Source: the human T2T-CHM13v2.0 reference genome, Homo sapiens. From it: a DNA stretch of 64,000 nt. Below are positions 24,870-37,979 of the stretch, one piece after another; positions within the stretch are counted from its first letter, which is position 1, and each line of letters begins with the position of its first letter. Under the pieces are notes generated by a model. It searched no databases. It worked only from the letters and a program-made list of their open reading frames with translations, and was not told the DNA's origin. The position numbers were made by a program, and so were the translations under genes. The DNA is taken from assembly GCF_009914755.1 (NCBI RefSeq), contig NC_060930.1; one strand, written 5' to 3'.

Positions 24870-25520
24870 ACTTATAAGATATGACTTCAAAATCAAGGTT
24901 TTCTTCAAGAATACAGCCATGCTTATGTATTAGAGAAACTATTGTGATAATGGGATAGAAAAATAGAAACCACAACAAAACACCACATCACATACTTATA
25001 TGTCTCTGAGAAATAGAGACATATAGGATGTTCTAGATGGGGAAACTCAGTATTTATAGCTAGTAATTGTCCTTAAATTAATCTATATATTGAATGCGAT
25101 TCAAATAAAATTTTCAATAGAATCTTGAGTCTCGATTTTATCTGGATTAATCAATGTTTGCAAAGACATGGGCACTCTCAGTCATGCTTGATGGGAGTGG
25201 AATTTCCTGCACGGGTGGCAGGGGGCTAGTATGGCATTATATATATAGCTGCGTAATGTACATATTCTTTGATTCAGCAGTGAGACAGATGTTTATTGAT
25301 TAATTGGTGAGTGTATTAGTAACGGAAGAAAGCAAGTTGAAAAACTGTTTAATTTTATTTTGCTAAAAATCCTTATATATATATTTAGGCATATTTACAT
25401 ATATGAAGAAAAGTGTCTCAAAAGATGCGAATCTAAATGTTAACTGATGAAGCATTAAAAACTCTTTACTACTTCGTACAGTGCTGTAATGTTAGTTTTT
25501 TTAAAAAAAGAACACAAAAT
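24870..25520 (+). mobile_element. Old L1ME fragments
   Basis: ccttaaattaatctatatattgaatgcgattcaaataaaatt; cattctttgattcagcag. Confidence 0.45.
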
Positions 25521-26261
25521 TTTCATAATTAAAATAAAAAGTCAAGTCTTGGGAGGGATCATAAGGTTGGCAGTGGCTACTGGAAAAACCACATGTCACT
25601 TAGCTTGGAATTGCAGTCAAAGTGACATAGACTGATGGAGAGATGTCAGGCTCAGAAAAAGCATTTCCTTATAGCCTCTTATTTGGTAATTAGTGGCAGA
25701 TCTGCTTTAGAAACCAGATTCACTCTAATTTCAGCTAAACTACACTATCCCTTTTGCAGTTGAATGTTTAGACTTAAGCATAAGACTTCACATTCATCTT
25801 ATTTAATATTGTCTTTAAATTACCCTGTTCTCTTAAGCTAATCCAGATGGTTTGGGGATTTTGGTTAAACAAAACAACATAGTCTCTTCATAGTTTTAGG
25901 TCACATTACAGATTTATCTAAGTTACTGCTTAAATGTTTTCATTGTATAGAACAAAGGATAGGATATCAGTCTGAGTTTTTGTATCGAAAGTCTCCTTGT
26001 TTTAAGGATATGGATGTTAAAGGTAGACTTTCACAAAACTGTGCTGTCAGCCACCTGTCCTTGGGATGTTCCCATGTTCCTATCTTTCCTTTTGTTGCTT
26101 TGCCTTCCGGTTGTATCTTCCACTCTGAACCCACCCAGAAGCATTAGACTCGCATTCTTCCCCAGCTTTTCCCCATGTGGCTGAACCTGCTTTCCCTATA
26201 CAGCCTTTAAATATGGTCCTCATCCTCGTCAAAGTGCTTGCTCTCACTCAGTCTCTTTCTC

Positions 26262-26385
26262 GTATCTATCTGTCTATCATCCATCCATCCATCCATCCAT
26301 CCATCTATCTACCTACCCACCTACCAATCATCCACATATCTATCATCTATCATCTCTCTCTCTCCCCCCCTCTCTCTCTGTCTCT
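26262..26385. repeat. Compound microsatellite (TCTA)n/(TCCA)n/(TC)n
   Basis: Directly visible. Confidence 0.9.
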
Positions 26386-29300
26386 TTTGTCTACCCATTT
26401 ATTCCGTATAGGCAGCTGTTCTTGATTTTCACATGGATATGATGAATATGCTTACACTTTTATTTAAACAGCTTTATATGTTACCTCTTCCAGGAGAGTC
26501 TAAATTTGAAAGGAAAATTTGACCTTGAACTTTTCCATAGATTTATTCCAAATAGAAGAATAAGTCTCTTTGAACCCAAAGGACTTGGAAAAATAGATTA
26601 AAGCACTCCAGCAAATACTAAATGTCTCTATTTAGTATACATACTAAATACTAAATATCTTTGGATCCCTATGTTTTGTCTGTATAATTCAAGCATTGCT
26701 GAATTATACTTCATAATACGTTTAATATAAAATTGTGGTTTCAACTATGAAATAAAATGAATCATTATTTCACCAAATCTTTAATACGATGGATTGCCCA
26801 ACAAGGTGTCTTCTGTTATACCCTCACTCCTCATGCTTTCTTGCATATCACGCCCCCAAAGCACAGTATTTACTACTTAACTTTTGTATGCATTTGCATT
26901 TGAAGAGTGTGTGTTTGAGTAGGGTATTGTCTTGCAGTATCGTTTGGTAAAGAGAGGTTGCCTTCCCAACATTTCTCAGGGACCTGCTATGCTTACTTGT
27001 AGGAGTTACATGTAAAGAAAACCACAATGTGTACATAAGTTCCTTCCTGAGATTTCCATGCACTTTGAAAGCTGAATTTCTAAGAGACCATTTCAGTGTC
27101 TTAGTCACTGAATGAATTAAATTAGTCACTGGAAGGTATTGATGCAGCTTTTAAAAGAAACAGTAGTTCCCAGAGAGTGCTAATGCTCTGCTAGAATGAG
27201 CACCAGTAGGCAGGTAAATCAGTCACACAAAATGAAATTATGTATGCACCTATTAAAGATTACCTTCTTGCTAAATAAATGAAAAATTTTATGATAGACA
27301 TATTGCTTGTGATTGAAAGTCCTTGATTGCAGTGGTGCAATGACAACAGGAACTCAAGGGAACCCGCTTGAATGAATTCTTTTTATAAAAAATATTGAAA
27401 ATGCACATTAAAAAGAGGTATTTTACTTTCTTCCAAATGTTTAAATCAGAAACACAACAGAGTAAAATAAATCTCTTAGTGCTAAATAATCTTAGAGAGT
27501 AAAATCTTGTTTTTTGTTAATACAAATAACATTCTTTCAGAGCATTATTTTAAATAATTTAGCAAGTGTGATCTAAATAGTTTACAGTTACAATGTACAT
27601 AACAGATATTTACTAGGAACCATTCATATGAAATAAAAAAGGGATGCCTTTGCTGATAAAGGTGAGGGGGCCACTACAGGATAAAGTCAGAGGATATAGG
27701 AGAAAAATAAATAGAAAAATCTACTTGCAACCAAATTCAGGGACTTTGGAGGGTTTAAATGACTAACACAAAATGTTTGCTGGTAGAACTGGCACTTAGA
27801 AAGCATAAGATACCAACTGTAAAGATCTCACCAAGCAAAAGGCTCTCTTTTCATGGAAGCAGTAGAACAGTGAGAAAATAAATTCAAATCCTAAGAACTA
27901 ACCGTGTTGTATGGATGATGGATGATGTGTCTTCAGTTATTGTTAATATAAAATTTCTATTGTCCTTTTAAATTCCACCTACCATATTAAATTGGCAGTT
28001 TCATCGCCATATTCCAATTCCTTCTCATGCTTAATTCCCTCATCATTCTGTACTGTTTCTTCTCATGTCCGTACAAGTACAAGGAAGTGGCAGAGCTGTC
28101 CTCAGCACAAACTTTGCCTAAGCGTCTCTTATGCCACTTTGGCACCTGAGACTCAAAAGGGGAGCATGAAACGTCTAATTTTTGCTTAGCTCTGTGCTGG
28201 TGCCAAGCCAGCTCCAGTCAAGAGATTTAGTAAATAATGGCAATAAAACTTATTAAGAAAGAATGTCAGGGCTTTCCTACATACTGTATATTTTTTTTCT
28301 CCAGGAAGAATTTCCCTTCAAATGTAAGATTTCCCTGTCCTAGCATGTGCGCTTTTTGCCAAAATCTCCTCTTGTTGAGTGACAATGAGTTCAAATGATG
28401 CAGTAAGTCACTTTTGACCTCTCATTTCATTCATTTTGTCACAAGTGACAGGTGTTTAAGCTGAACTATTTTCCTGCTTCTGCAGGACTAATGACCTTGA
28501 GCTTGTGAAGGTAAATTTTTTGAGGCAAAAACTAGTAAGGAAGTAAATGATTCTCTCAAGATTTCCTTACTAAATACTTCACAGAAGTCTAATGCTGCGG
28601 CTTAAGTATGAATTGTCATCTTCAGTACAATGTGGAGTTAATATTTAGCCTTTATTTTTTTTCCTTGACTAGTTTTCTCTTTGCTCACTCAAGCAAATCT
28701 TGTGCCTTTTCCTTTTATGTTATTCATTTTTGATTTGTACACTTTTCATCAGTGAAGGGGAGTTTCTGTGGGAGGAATTGTTGTCATTTGAAAGATTCTC
28801 TTAAAGCATTTGAATGATATCTTAAATAATAGCGATTTATGTGTCTAAAGGCAATTAAGGTAAATAAATTCAGTATTTTGACTTTTTAAAATAATGCATG
28901 TTATTGAATTCTTCCCCACATTGTTGAAACTTTGCATGAATTTGGTTTCTAAAGGCCAACGCTAGGGGTCACCCTTCCTTATTTTAAAGTTTTAGTCATT
29001 GTCCAGAACCCACTGACAGCCCATTAATCTCCAAAGAAAGTAAGGAATTTTGTAAAGAAAAGCAAAAGACTTTGGCTCTAAGAGTGCTAGTAATGTTGCT
29101 TTTTGTCCTTGCCCTGTCCTGAAGCCCAAATTTGTAACAAAATTTTATGAATGAGGAAATGATGTTGAGCTTTTGGGGGGCAAAAATATTCTGAGAATAA
29201 AAATTTATTCAGCTTGAGGTAGGACTAAAAAAAATAAGCATTTTAGAGTATTATTTATAGGGTATTATTTGAAACCATTAAATTTAAAAATGCATTTTTA

Positions 29301-29849
29301 ATTTAATAACCTGTATTATAGATATGATACTGAGTTTACTTAAGAAAATAGTACAAATGTCTTCATAAAATGAAATGGGAGGACTTAATGATTATGCATA
29401 TCAGACTATGGGCTTATAAAAGTTAGCTGAGAATGAAATTTTAGATAAAAAGTGTATGCTGAAATATATAATGTTTGTTCATGCTTTTTTGTTTGGCGTG
29501 TGTGTGAGTGTCTGGTTGAAAGAATATTTCCATGTATAATGATGCAAAGAATTTGCATAGTAGAAATCACTAGTTCATAGATTTGCTCTGCAGTTGTTTT
29601 GAAGGTAAGTTTAATAATTTTGTCAGGAAGCTGGTGTCTCACTCTGTCCCTATTTCTTCTTAGCTGGATTATTTCACACATAATATGGCTCTAAAAGAGA
29701 TCACAATTCTCTCCAACAGTCTTGAACTGTTTTTGCTTTCATTTAAAAACAGTTACCTCTGCCCTTATACTTTTTCCTTGTTTTGAAAGTGTTCCCATTG
29801 ATCTTTTATTTCATTCATCCAGATTATAAAGATAATAATCTCAGTTATG

Positions 29850-29972
29850 AAATGTTTATTTGCTAAGCACAGAGGCTTCGCATCTTCATTTTCGAGGTGA
29901 AGAAACTGAGGCACAGTAATGTAAATGGAATGCCAGAAGCAGGATCTGAACTGAGGCTGCCAGACACCAGAA
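29850..29972 (-). mobile_element. MIR
   Basis: catcttcattttcgaggtgaagaaactgaggcacag...aggatctgaactgagg. Confidence 0.75.
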
Positions 29973-30774
29973 TATATGAATACATTCCTAAACTTTAGGT
30001 TGTGCCGAATTGGCTACCCAACCACAAAACTGCATATCAGTTACACAGCACACATGCATAAGTGCCCCCAAAGCACCTAAACATGAGGTGGGAAATGCAC
30101 AATTACCAGGAATTTTCTGAAGATACTGATGTAATTTCAAATGAATGATTCTAACAGTGGCATTTTGGACACAGTAGTGGGATCAGTAGAGTGCCTATCT
30201 GAAAAAAGTGGGGATCACACAACATCCTCAATTTTCCCACAAAGGAAGCACATCAACTAGCAGAGCCAGCAGCCTTTGTAGCAACAACTGGGTAACTCAC
30301 TCCTTGGGGACAGTGATGTTTGAGTGTGTTGGGAAGACAGGGAATGGTTAAACAGGATATAATGACATTTAATTGGTTCTTTAGGCAGGATCCCCCCCAT
30401 CTATAGCTTTCCCCAAATTCAGAGGAACAACAAATTTCTCCTTCCTCTGTGCGCCTTGGCAATTTGTATATATGTTATTACTGTAATTTTCTCATTACCT
30501 CATAATTATGTCTTTGGTTTCCTGCACCTAATCTATACACTCACAGAAGTTGAGACTGTCTTGTTCCTTGTGGCATCACCAACATATATCACAGTGTCAA
30601 ACATATGAGAAACTGAAAACAGTTGTGAAGAAATGAATTTCTAATTTTAAGAGACTCTTTGCCATATTTTTCAATATAAGACTAAAATGTTGCATAACAG
30701 CATTAAGGTGAGAATTGGGGCTGGGTGTGCAGGGATGCTGTGCTAGACAGATGCAGCAAGTTACAAGTGATTCA

Positions 30775-30858
30775 GAGAGAGAAAAAGGGAAGGGAAGGGA
30801 GGGAAGGGAAAAGTAGGGGAGGGAGGGGAAGGGAGGTGGAGGAAAAAGGAAAGGAAAA
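30775..30858. repeat. Polypurine (GGGAA/GGGA)n tract
   Basis: Directly visible. Confidence 0.85.
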
Positions 30859-32004
30859 TGATGAGGCTCACCTCATACCTGGACCAACGTTGCTTTTCTG
30901 TGCCGGTTTCCAGGTGGCAGTCTATATATTGCACTGCAAAGGTTAAAATAATCCTTTGCCAAACTGAGTTTGGTATAGGCAATTAAATCTCTGCTTCATT
31001 GTCAGCATTGACAGAAACTATTTTGGGGCTGAGGAAACAACCTCTTGTCTTCTAGATGCCTGATGAGACATCTGTCACTCGGCATCCCTACCTGCTGCTC
31101 CTGTTTACACCTCATCAGTCTAGTTACAAAATCTGCCAATTTCCCATGTTTGCCCACGACATTTTTACTCACACTTGATTTTTCTGGAGTTGAGAAACCC
31201 TCTTTGAGATTTAAGAAGTCATGGAGAAGACTTAAATCATGGAAATTTAAGAAGTCACATGCCGACTTCTATATTGGCTTTGTTCTGTGCACTTAACCCA
31301 TTCCATCTCTCTCCTCTTTTCTCTGAGCAAATCCTTCTCCTGGCCTCAGGCAGCCTTGGTACCAGCAAGTGGAGGGAAGGGAAGAAATTAGCAAGAAAGT
31401 TTTCACTTGACTGATGCGTTCAAGAGCTGGCGTTGAGCTCTCTGTGTCTTGATCTTGTTTTGAGCTACCTTTTTCCTCTTAAAGCACTTTTGGGGTTCCT
31501 TACAGACTCTCCCACTTCCACCTCATGTTGTAGATGACCTCACACCTGTAGTTCTCTTGAGAGGGAAAGTTTCTTCTCCACCTTTAAATTTAGACATACA
31601 TTACTCTCTAAATGGTTTCTTCAAAGACCTCTGCTTGGTTTTGAGATCAAGAAAAAAGAACTCCTAATTCTATTTCCCTTGCAGAGGAGAAGCACAGCAC
31701 ACAAACTTGCCAAAAATTCTCTACTAAATTCCTCCAAGACTTTTATACACTCAGTAGGTGAGGTACTAAAGACTCCCCCAAAGCCAGATCATATCATCAT
31801 TTTCTGCAAATTTCACTGGTAGTGTTGTACTTGATTTTAATATGTAATCTTGAGGCTTTGGCTGAAAATTGAGATGAAAATAATGATCTCTTAACGTTCT
31901 GTTAATCAAGTTACAACTTGGGCCAATATGCTGAAAAAGAACACAAACTCCTTGTAGTTAGAATATTTGCCTCATGTCACAGAGCTGGTCAATGGCAGAT
32001 CTAC

Positions 32005-32115
32005 CTTTTTTAAAAAAAAATTGTGGTTAAAATATGCATAGCATAAAATTTACCATTTTAACCAATTTTAGGTGTATAAATCAGTGGCATAAAGTACTTT
32101 CACATTGTTGTGCAT
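32005..32115 (-). mobile_element. L1MB 3'-end fragment
   Basis: ttgtggttaaaatatgcatagcataaaatttaccattttaacc...cacattgttgtgca. Confidence 0.75.
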
Positions 32116-32238
32116 TGAATCCACTTTAAACCGAAGTCTTTCTTCTTCTAGGCTATGAGCACACTGTGTGACACCAGTGATTTTTATTCTGTGCTTTGTG
32201 GCACTCTGGGCTTCATGAGAGGTGACCACCAGCCTCTT

Positions 32239-32570
32239 CATACTCTGTTATTTCTCCAATCCTTCTCTTCAACCCGAGCATCTTCTCTATGATTAATTAG
32301 GTTTCTTACATAAATATTTACTTTTAAGCTGGGTACAGTGGCACGTGCTTGTAGTCCCAGCTACGAGGGAGGCTGAGGCAGCAGAATTGTGTGAGTCCAG
32401 GGGTTCGAGACCAACGTGGGCAACATTTATTGAGACTCTGTCTCAATAAAATGAACAAATAAATATAAACAATTTATAAACACTCTCTACTTTTTTCTCC
32501 AGTCCCTCTTTTAAACCCAAGCATCTCCTCTATGATTAATGGGGTTTCTTACATAAATATTTCACTTTTA
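32239..32570 (+). repeat. ~88-bp direct repeats (32239-32326 and 32481-32570) flanking a FLAM
   Basis: aacccgagcatcttctctatgattaattaggtttcttacataaatatttactttta vs aacccaagcatctcctctatgattaatggggtttcttacataaatatttcactttta. Confidence 0.9.
32328..32480 (+). mobile_element. FLAM_A-like Alu monomer
   Basis: gctgggtacagtggcacgtgcttgtagtcccagctac...ggttcgagaccaacgtgggcaacat...gagactctgtctc plus A-rich tail. Confidence 0.85.
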
Positions 32571-32701
32571 CGTTCTACTCAAAATAAATGTTTAAAAACA
32601 TCTGCACTATATCTGTCCTCAAGGACCAATTGCTCTATTCCACTAGTCTTTGCTCATTTCTATTAGAATTTTCCTCATGTTTCTTTAGACTCCTGAGATA
32701 A

Positions 32702-32752
32702 TAAAAACAAAAAACAAACAAACAAAAACCCCAAAACAAAACAAAACAAAAA
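32702..32752. repeat. (CAAA/CAAAA)n microsatellite
   Basis: Directly visible. Confidence 0.85.
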
Positions 32753-32949
32753 ATCCTCTGAGCTATTTGTAAGAATAAACCTAAGTAATATCAGTTTACA
32801 AAGTCCAATCCCTAAACCTCACCCCTCCTGAAAGTTTAGCCATGTCTTCCTCTCATAACTAAACAATCCAGGTACTGAGTCTATGTTTCCTGCTCTGGCC
32901 TGGAGCATCACTTATTAATTTGTATGATATTTGTAAATACATAAGGAAG

Positions 32950-34270
32950 GAATTAACCATAAAAGAAAAATAGATGCATTTACCATACAAATGAGAAATG
33001 TTATTTCAAAAAACAATGTAAACCCATGTGAAATCCAAGTGACAAACTCAAAACATGTTTTCACATCTATGTCAGAGCTGGTGAATTCTTATTTTTCACA
33101 CTTGATGCTTTTGCTCGCCCACTAATATTTCTCCGATTTGAGCTAGCTTCCCGGGACTTCTCATCCTCAGAAGAGTTGCTCCTTGCCCACTTTGTCAGTG
33201 TGATTGTCTCAGTGCTTTCAGTCTCTGTGAGTAAAATAATCAAAATGAAAATATAAAAATACGTATTTTTTCTAGTCTTTGAGCAGCAAAGATCTTTCTT
33301 ACCATGAAAAATTCACAGGAGCCATAAGGAAAGAGTCAGATTTGGCCGCGTAGACATTTAAACAAAATTCGTAATAGACAATGAGATGAGACAAATGTTT
33401 GTAGTATTTACTGACATAATACAAATATTTTTGAAAAATTGGAATAATTCAATGAAAATGAGAAAAAGACAGTATATAAACAATTGTTAGGATATACTAA
33501 TGGTAGAAAATATACAAAAGCTAAACTTCACAATAAGTAGATGCTAAGAAAAATGAGATACCCTCTTATTTGCTCTTTAGACTAGTGACGATCAGAAGAT
33601 CTGATAACCACCAGTATGACAAGTTTGAAATGAACCAGCAATTTTTAATACACTGTTGATAGGAGGCTAAATTGGTGCAAAATTTCTGGAGGATTAGGCA
33701 ATATAGTTTCATTCATTCATTCACTCAAAAATATTCTGTGTCTGCAATGTGCCAAGTATTATACTATTCTAGGCACTGGAGTTAAAACACGGAACATGAT
33801 TGACAAAAGTCTCTGGCCTCATGGGATTTCATTGTATTAAAACTTAGTGTGCAAACCCTTTGACCCAATAATAGCACTTCTAGAAATTTATCTTACAGAA
33901 TAGCTTGCAAAAGTGCACGGAGGTTTAGGTAAAATGATATTCATTGTAGCACTGTTAATCGTGTGAAAAATTAGGAACAAGCTAAAGTTCATCAATACAG
34001 GACTGATTGAATAAATTATGGTACTCATTGTGTAAAAAAGTTTCTGCAGCTATTAAAAATAGCTTAGGTAGATTTAGGTATATGGGTTTAGGCATAAAAA
34101 TATTTACCTCTATAGACATATTACACTAAAGAAAATCTGGCAAAAAATCTGACCACAAATAGTTTCCTCTAGAGGTAAAATTATGGCAGACTTTCATTTC
34201 TTTGTGCATTTTAGAGTGGTATAATCCTGTTTTCCAAAGGCCTTGTGTTGTTTGTACAATTAAAATTTTA
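32950..34270 (+). mobile_element. L1ME fragments (ORF2 end and 3' UTR) with a nested L2 tail at ~33708-33833 (-)
   Basis: aattggtgcaaaatttctggag...ccctttgacccaataatagcacttctagaaatttatc; insert begins (TTCA)n...aatgtgccaag...ctaggcactgga. Confidence 0.6.
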
Positions 34271-34289
34271 AAAATTACAATCTTATTTC

Positions 34290-35420
34290 TATTAATAAAA
34301 AATGCAAATTAAAACAACATAAGATATCATTGTTGTCTCTCAAATTGGTTTAAAAAAGAAGAAAAAAAATAACAGTGTTGGCAAAGATGTAGAGAAATAG
34401 ACATCAATATATGGATGTTTTATTGACACCAGTTTTCTAGAGGACAGTAATTTAGCAGGGGCTAGCTCATGGCATTAGGCAATACTGCTCCCTAGAGGTC
34501 ACTATCATTCTCTGGTCACACAAACTTTCAGACATCCCAGGGACTTAAAAATAGATGCCCAGCTAGGATTCTAGGCTTAAAGGTCTATGCATGGGGATGT
34601 TGCTTGACCATCCAGTAAACCAGCAAGCGGTTCATCTTCAATCCTGCCTTTGTCAACTGAGAAAGAAGTCAGTGAAATGAAAGGAGAGATGTGTTTCATC
34701 AGAGACCCAATGCTTGTGAAAGAGCAAGGTCTTGGAAAAGGAAGAGGTTTCTTAATGGCTAACAAATGAAAGAAAGCACCAGTATTCAGAGTTCCAGAAG
34801 AAGGCAGGGCCTGGTTCTGTGGGAAAGAGCAGGAAGACTGCAAGATCAGGGTATAATTCAGCAGGGGGACTACAGAACTGTTCATATCTCCCCGTACTCC
34901 TCTAGCCCAGTACTTACATGAGAAACAGTTAGGAGAGTAACACTAGAAAACAGCAAACTCCTACATTTGTATTATCACACTGCAGTACACTCATTTGGAT
35001 TTACCAGCAGGGAGGCCAGTGATAAAGATACACATACCAAGGCCAAAAAGCATATCTGTCCACCTAACAATTTCACTGCTGGGAATTTGTCCTAAGGAAA
35101 AATACTTGGCATGACCACAGGTTTATGCACAAGAATGGTTATTGCAAATAGCAGAAATAATCTAAAGTCCAATCATAAGGGATTACTGAAATATATTTAT
35201 ACCATTATCATGTGATTGCATGCAAGGGAGCCTTAAAAATAATCTTGAACAATACTTATTGTCAAGGGAAAATGTTACAACATTTTAAGTAAAAAAAAAG
35301 AGACTGCAAAACATGTATCTCCAATGTTGTAAGAATCTAAAATAGAGGAATATATTCATATGATTAAGAGTATATGTACCAGAATGTTAACAGTGGTTAT
35401 TCTGGATAGATGGGATTTAT
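34290..35420 (+). mobile_element. L1ME fragment split by a ~580-bp unassigned insert
   Basis: aatgcaaattaaaacaac...aacagtgttggcaaagatgtagagaaatag; resumes acctaacaatttcactgctgggaatttgtcctaagg near 35060. Confidence 0.55.
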
Positions 35421-35471
35421 TTTTATGAGTGATATTTTCTTCTTTATTCTGTTGTTCACTTCTAAAAAAAA

Positions 35472-35775
<304 letters not shown>

Positions 35776-36029
35776 TAATAAACATATATTCCTTTTATAG
35801 TTAGAAAATATTTAATCCAGAGAAGTATCCCTGCTTGAATTTTAGGTATAATTCAGATTCTTCCTCTTATGTAATTGTTCTCAGAATAGTTATTTACTGG
35901 CTTAATTTTAGAGTCAGTGATTTTAGGTAGCCTAATATGTGTCTTTAAGATTGTCCCCGTATTATTTAATCACAGAGAATATAATAATATATATCATATG
36001 GCTTAAAAAACATTTTTTTTTAACTAAGA

Positions 36030-36170
36030 ATGTTATATAAGAGTTGGAGACATAACTTCCTCTACAAAGTAGAGCTAATATCACTATCTATTCCATAGGG
36101 TCTTTTTGAGAAATAAATGAAATTAATTCATGCAAAAAGCCTCATGAAGTGTCATCCTCATAGTAGTCTT
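36030..36170 (+). mobile_element. MIR fragment
   Basis: acttcctctacaaagtagagctaatatcactatctattccataggg...aaataaatgaaattaattcatgcaaaaagc. Confidence 0.55.
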
Positions 36171-36326
36171 TATTTATTACCTATTAGCAGTGCAGCATGT
36201 CTATTATGTTACTGTTTCTTCCTTTGCTTTCACACATCATGCCTGCTTTGCAGAGATTTGTATATATTCAGTGTACTTCTGGTTGGTTGGATAGATACTG
36301 GTGAGCAACATGTTCACCATTCTGCA

Positions 36327-36622
36327 ATTTTTTTTTTTTTTCTGAAACAGTCTTACTCTGATGCCCAGGCTGGAGTGCAGTGGCACAATCTTGGCTCACT
36401 GAAACCTCCACCTCTGGGATCAAGCAATTCTCATGCCTCAGCCTCCCAAGGAGTTGGGATTACAGGCGGGTGCCACCAAACCCAGCTAATTTTTGTATTT
36501 TTAGTGGAGACGGGCTTTCATCATGTTGATCAGGCAGGTCTCAAACTCCTGACCTCAGGTGATCCACCCGCCTCAGCGTCCCAAAGTGTTGGGATTACAG
36601 GCGTGAGTCACTGCACCCAGCC
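36327..36622 (-). mobile_element. AluS
   Basis: Full reverse dimer with ctcctgacctcaggtgatccacccgcc. Confidence 0.95.
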
Positions 36623-37979
36623 CCAACAATTTTTATTCCCCACCTTGCTGAGAAAAACCCTTAAATCTTCAATGATGAGATATATGAAATCTGTTACCAA
36701 AGTTCATGTGGCTACCACACTATTAAATGTTGTTTGGCTCGCATTTGTCCTCATTTTCATCAGTAGTTGAAGGAAAGTGCCATCTTCTTGGCAAAATATT
36801 ATAAGATCTGTTGATTTTTATTCATGTATAAGCTTGTTTCTTGACATAATCAAATTTTGCTCAAATGTATCAACTAATTAGAAAGCAATTTTTAATGGCT
36901 CTTCATTATACTCACAAGTATACTGTGGATAACACTGGAAAACGGATCAACTAAGGAAAAGATGAGCAAATACAACAGGCACAAATGATGGCTTTATATT
37001 TACAGTAAAAGTTTCTCACACCCATACCTATACCCAGGAAATTCAGAGGAAGGCTGGGCTTTAACTGTGAAGCATTTCATTTAGCATTTCAATATTGCAA
37101 TATTTCTAAATAAATATCATGTAAGATTCCTATCAATTGCTCTGTGACATCTTACTACCCAGAACTGAGTTGAAAATTAAAAGGATCTCTGAAATCACTT
37201 GAGATATACAATCTGAGTTTGAAAAATGATTTTTGCATTTATTTTTGCAGTGTTTCTACATCAAAGAAAACTATTGATTTAAGCAAACCACACTTATTAC
37301 AAATGTGCAACATTAAATAGATGTATTAAAATGCAAAACACATACCCTGATATAATTATATAATTACTAGCCTATTAAACCGTAGGTAAGAAACACATAA
37401 TTTCAATGGGATAATACTAACAGAAAACTTTGTCATGGGAATTAGAATGATCAACTTTTCAGAGTCTGAATTATTTATTAACAAAGAATAATTATTAAAT
37501 GGCTCTTTGCTGTTCTTATGTTTATAGGGCCATGATGTAAAAAAGAAGCAATATTTAAAGTGTCAAAAGAAGTAGCAAGCTCATCTATACCAAGAATTCA
37601 GGATTTTTAACTCTCATAATTTATGATCTAGTAAATTTAAAAATCAAAGAGGACAGGAAGATGTACTCCTGGCTTGTGAACATCAAGTTATTAAACTATC
37701 CACGTAGTGTTAGTCTCTCTTCAGAGGCAATACATTAAACTTGCTTACTGATTTGTTATGCACATTTATGCTGCTAACTGGAACTAGTATAGTTATCTCT
37801 GGAAATTTCACTTAAAGTTTTTACTGGAAATTCTGAGAAATATAATAGTAACTAATTGTTCTAAATCATCTTATATAGGTTTGCTACTACTTCCAAAAAT
37901 AAGGTGGGTAAAATACCTTAAATGACCCTCTCAAATAAAATAATAACACTGTTTTTAAAATATTTAAACATCTTGAAAC

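Noticed and set aside
28533-28572. 10-bp inverted repeat tagtaaggaa/ttccttacta
   Set aside because: Too short and AT-rich to distinguish from background
36117-36770. Longest ORF in the track (217 aa)
   Set aside because: Its core is antisense Alu translation ([12 protein letters not shown]...[12 protein letters not shown]...PPASASQS). The same applies to the ORFs at 871, 1061, 9206, 11182, 11274, 20270, 43020, 43081 and 52734.
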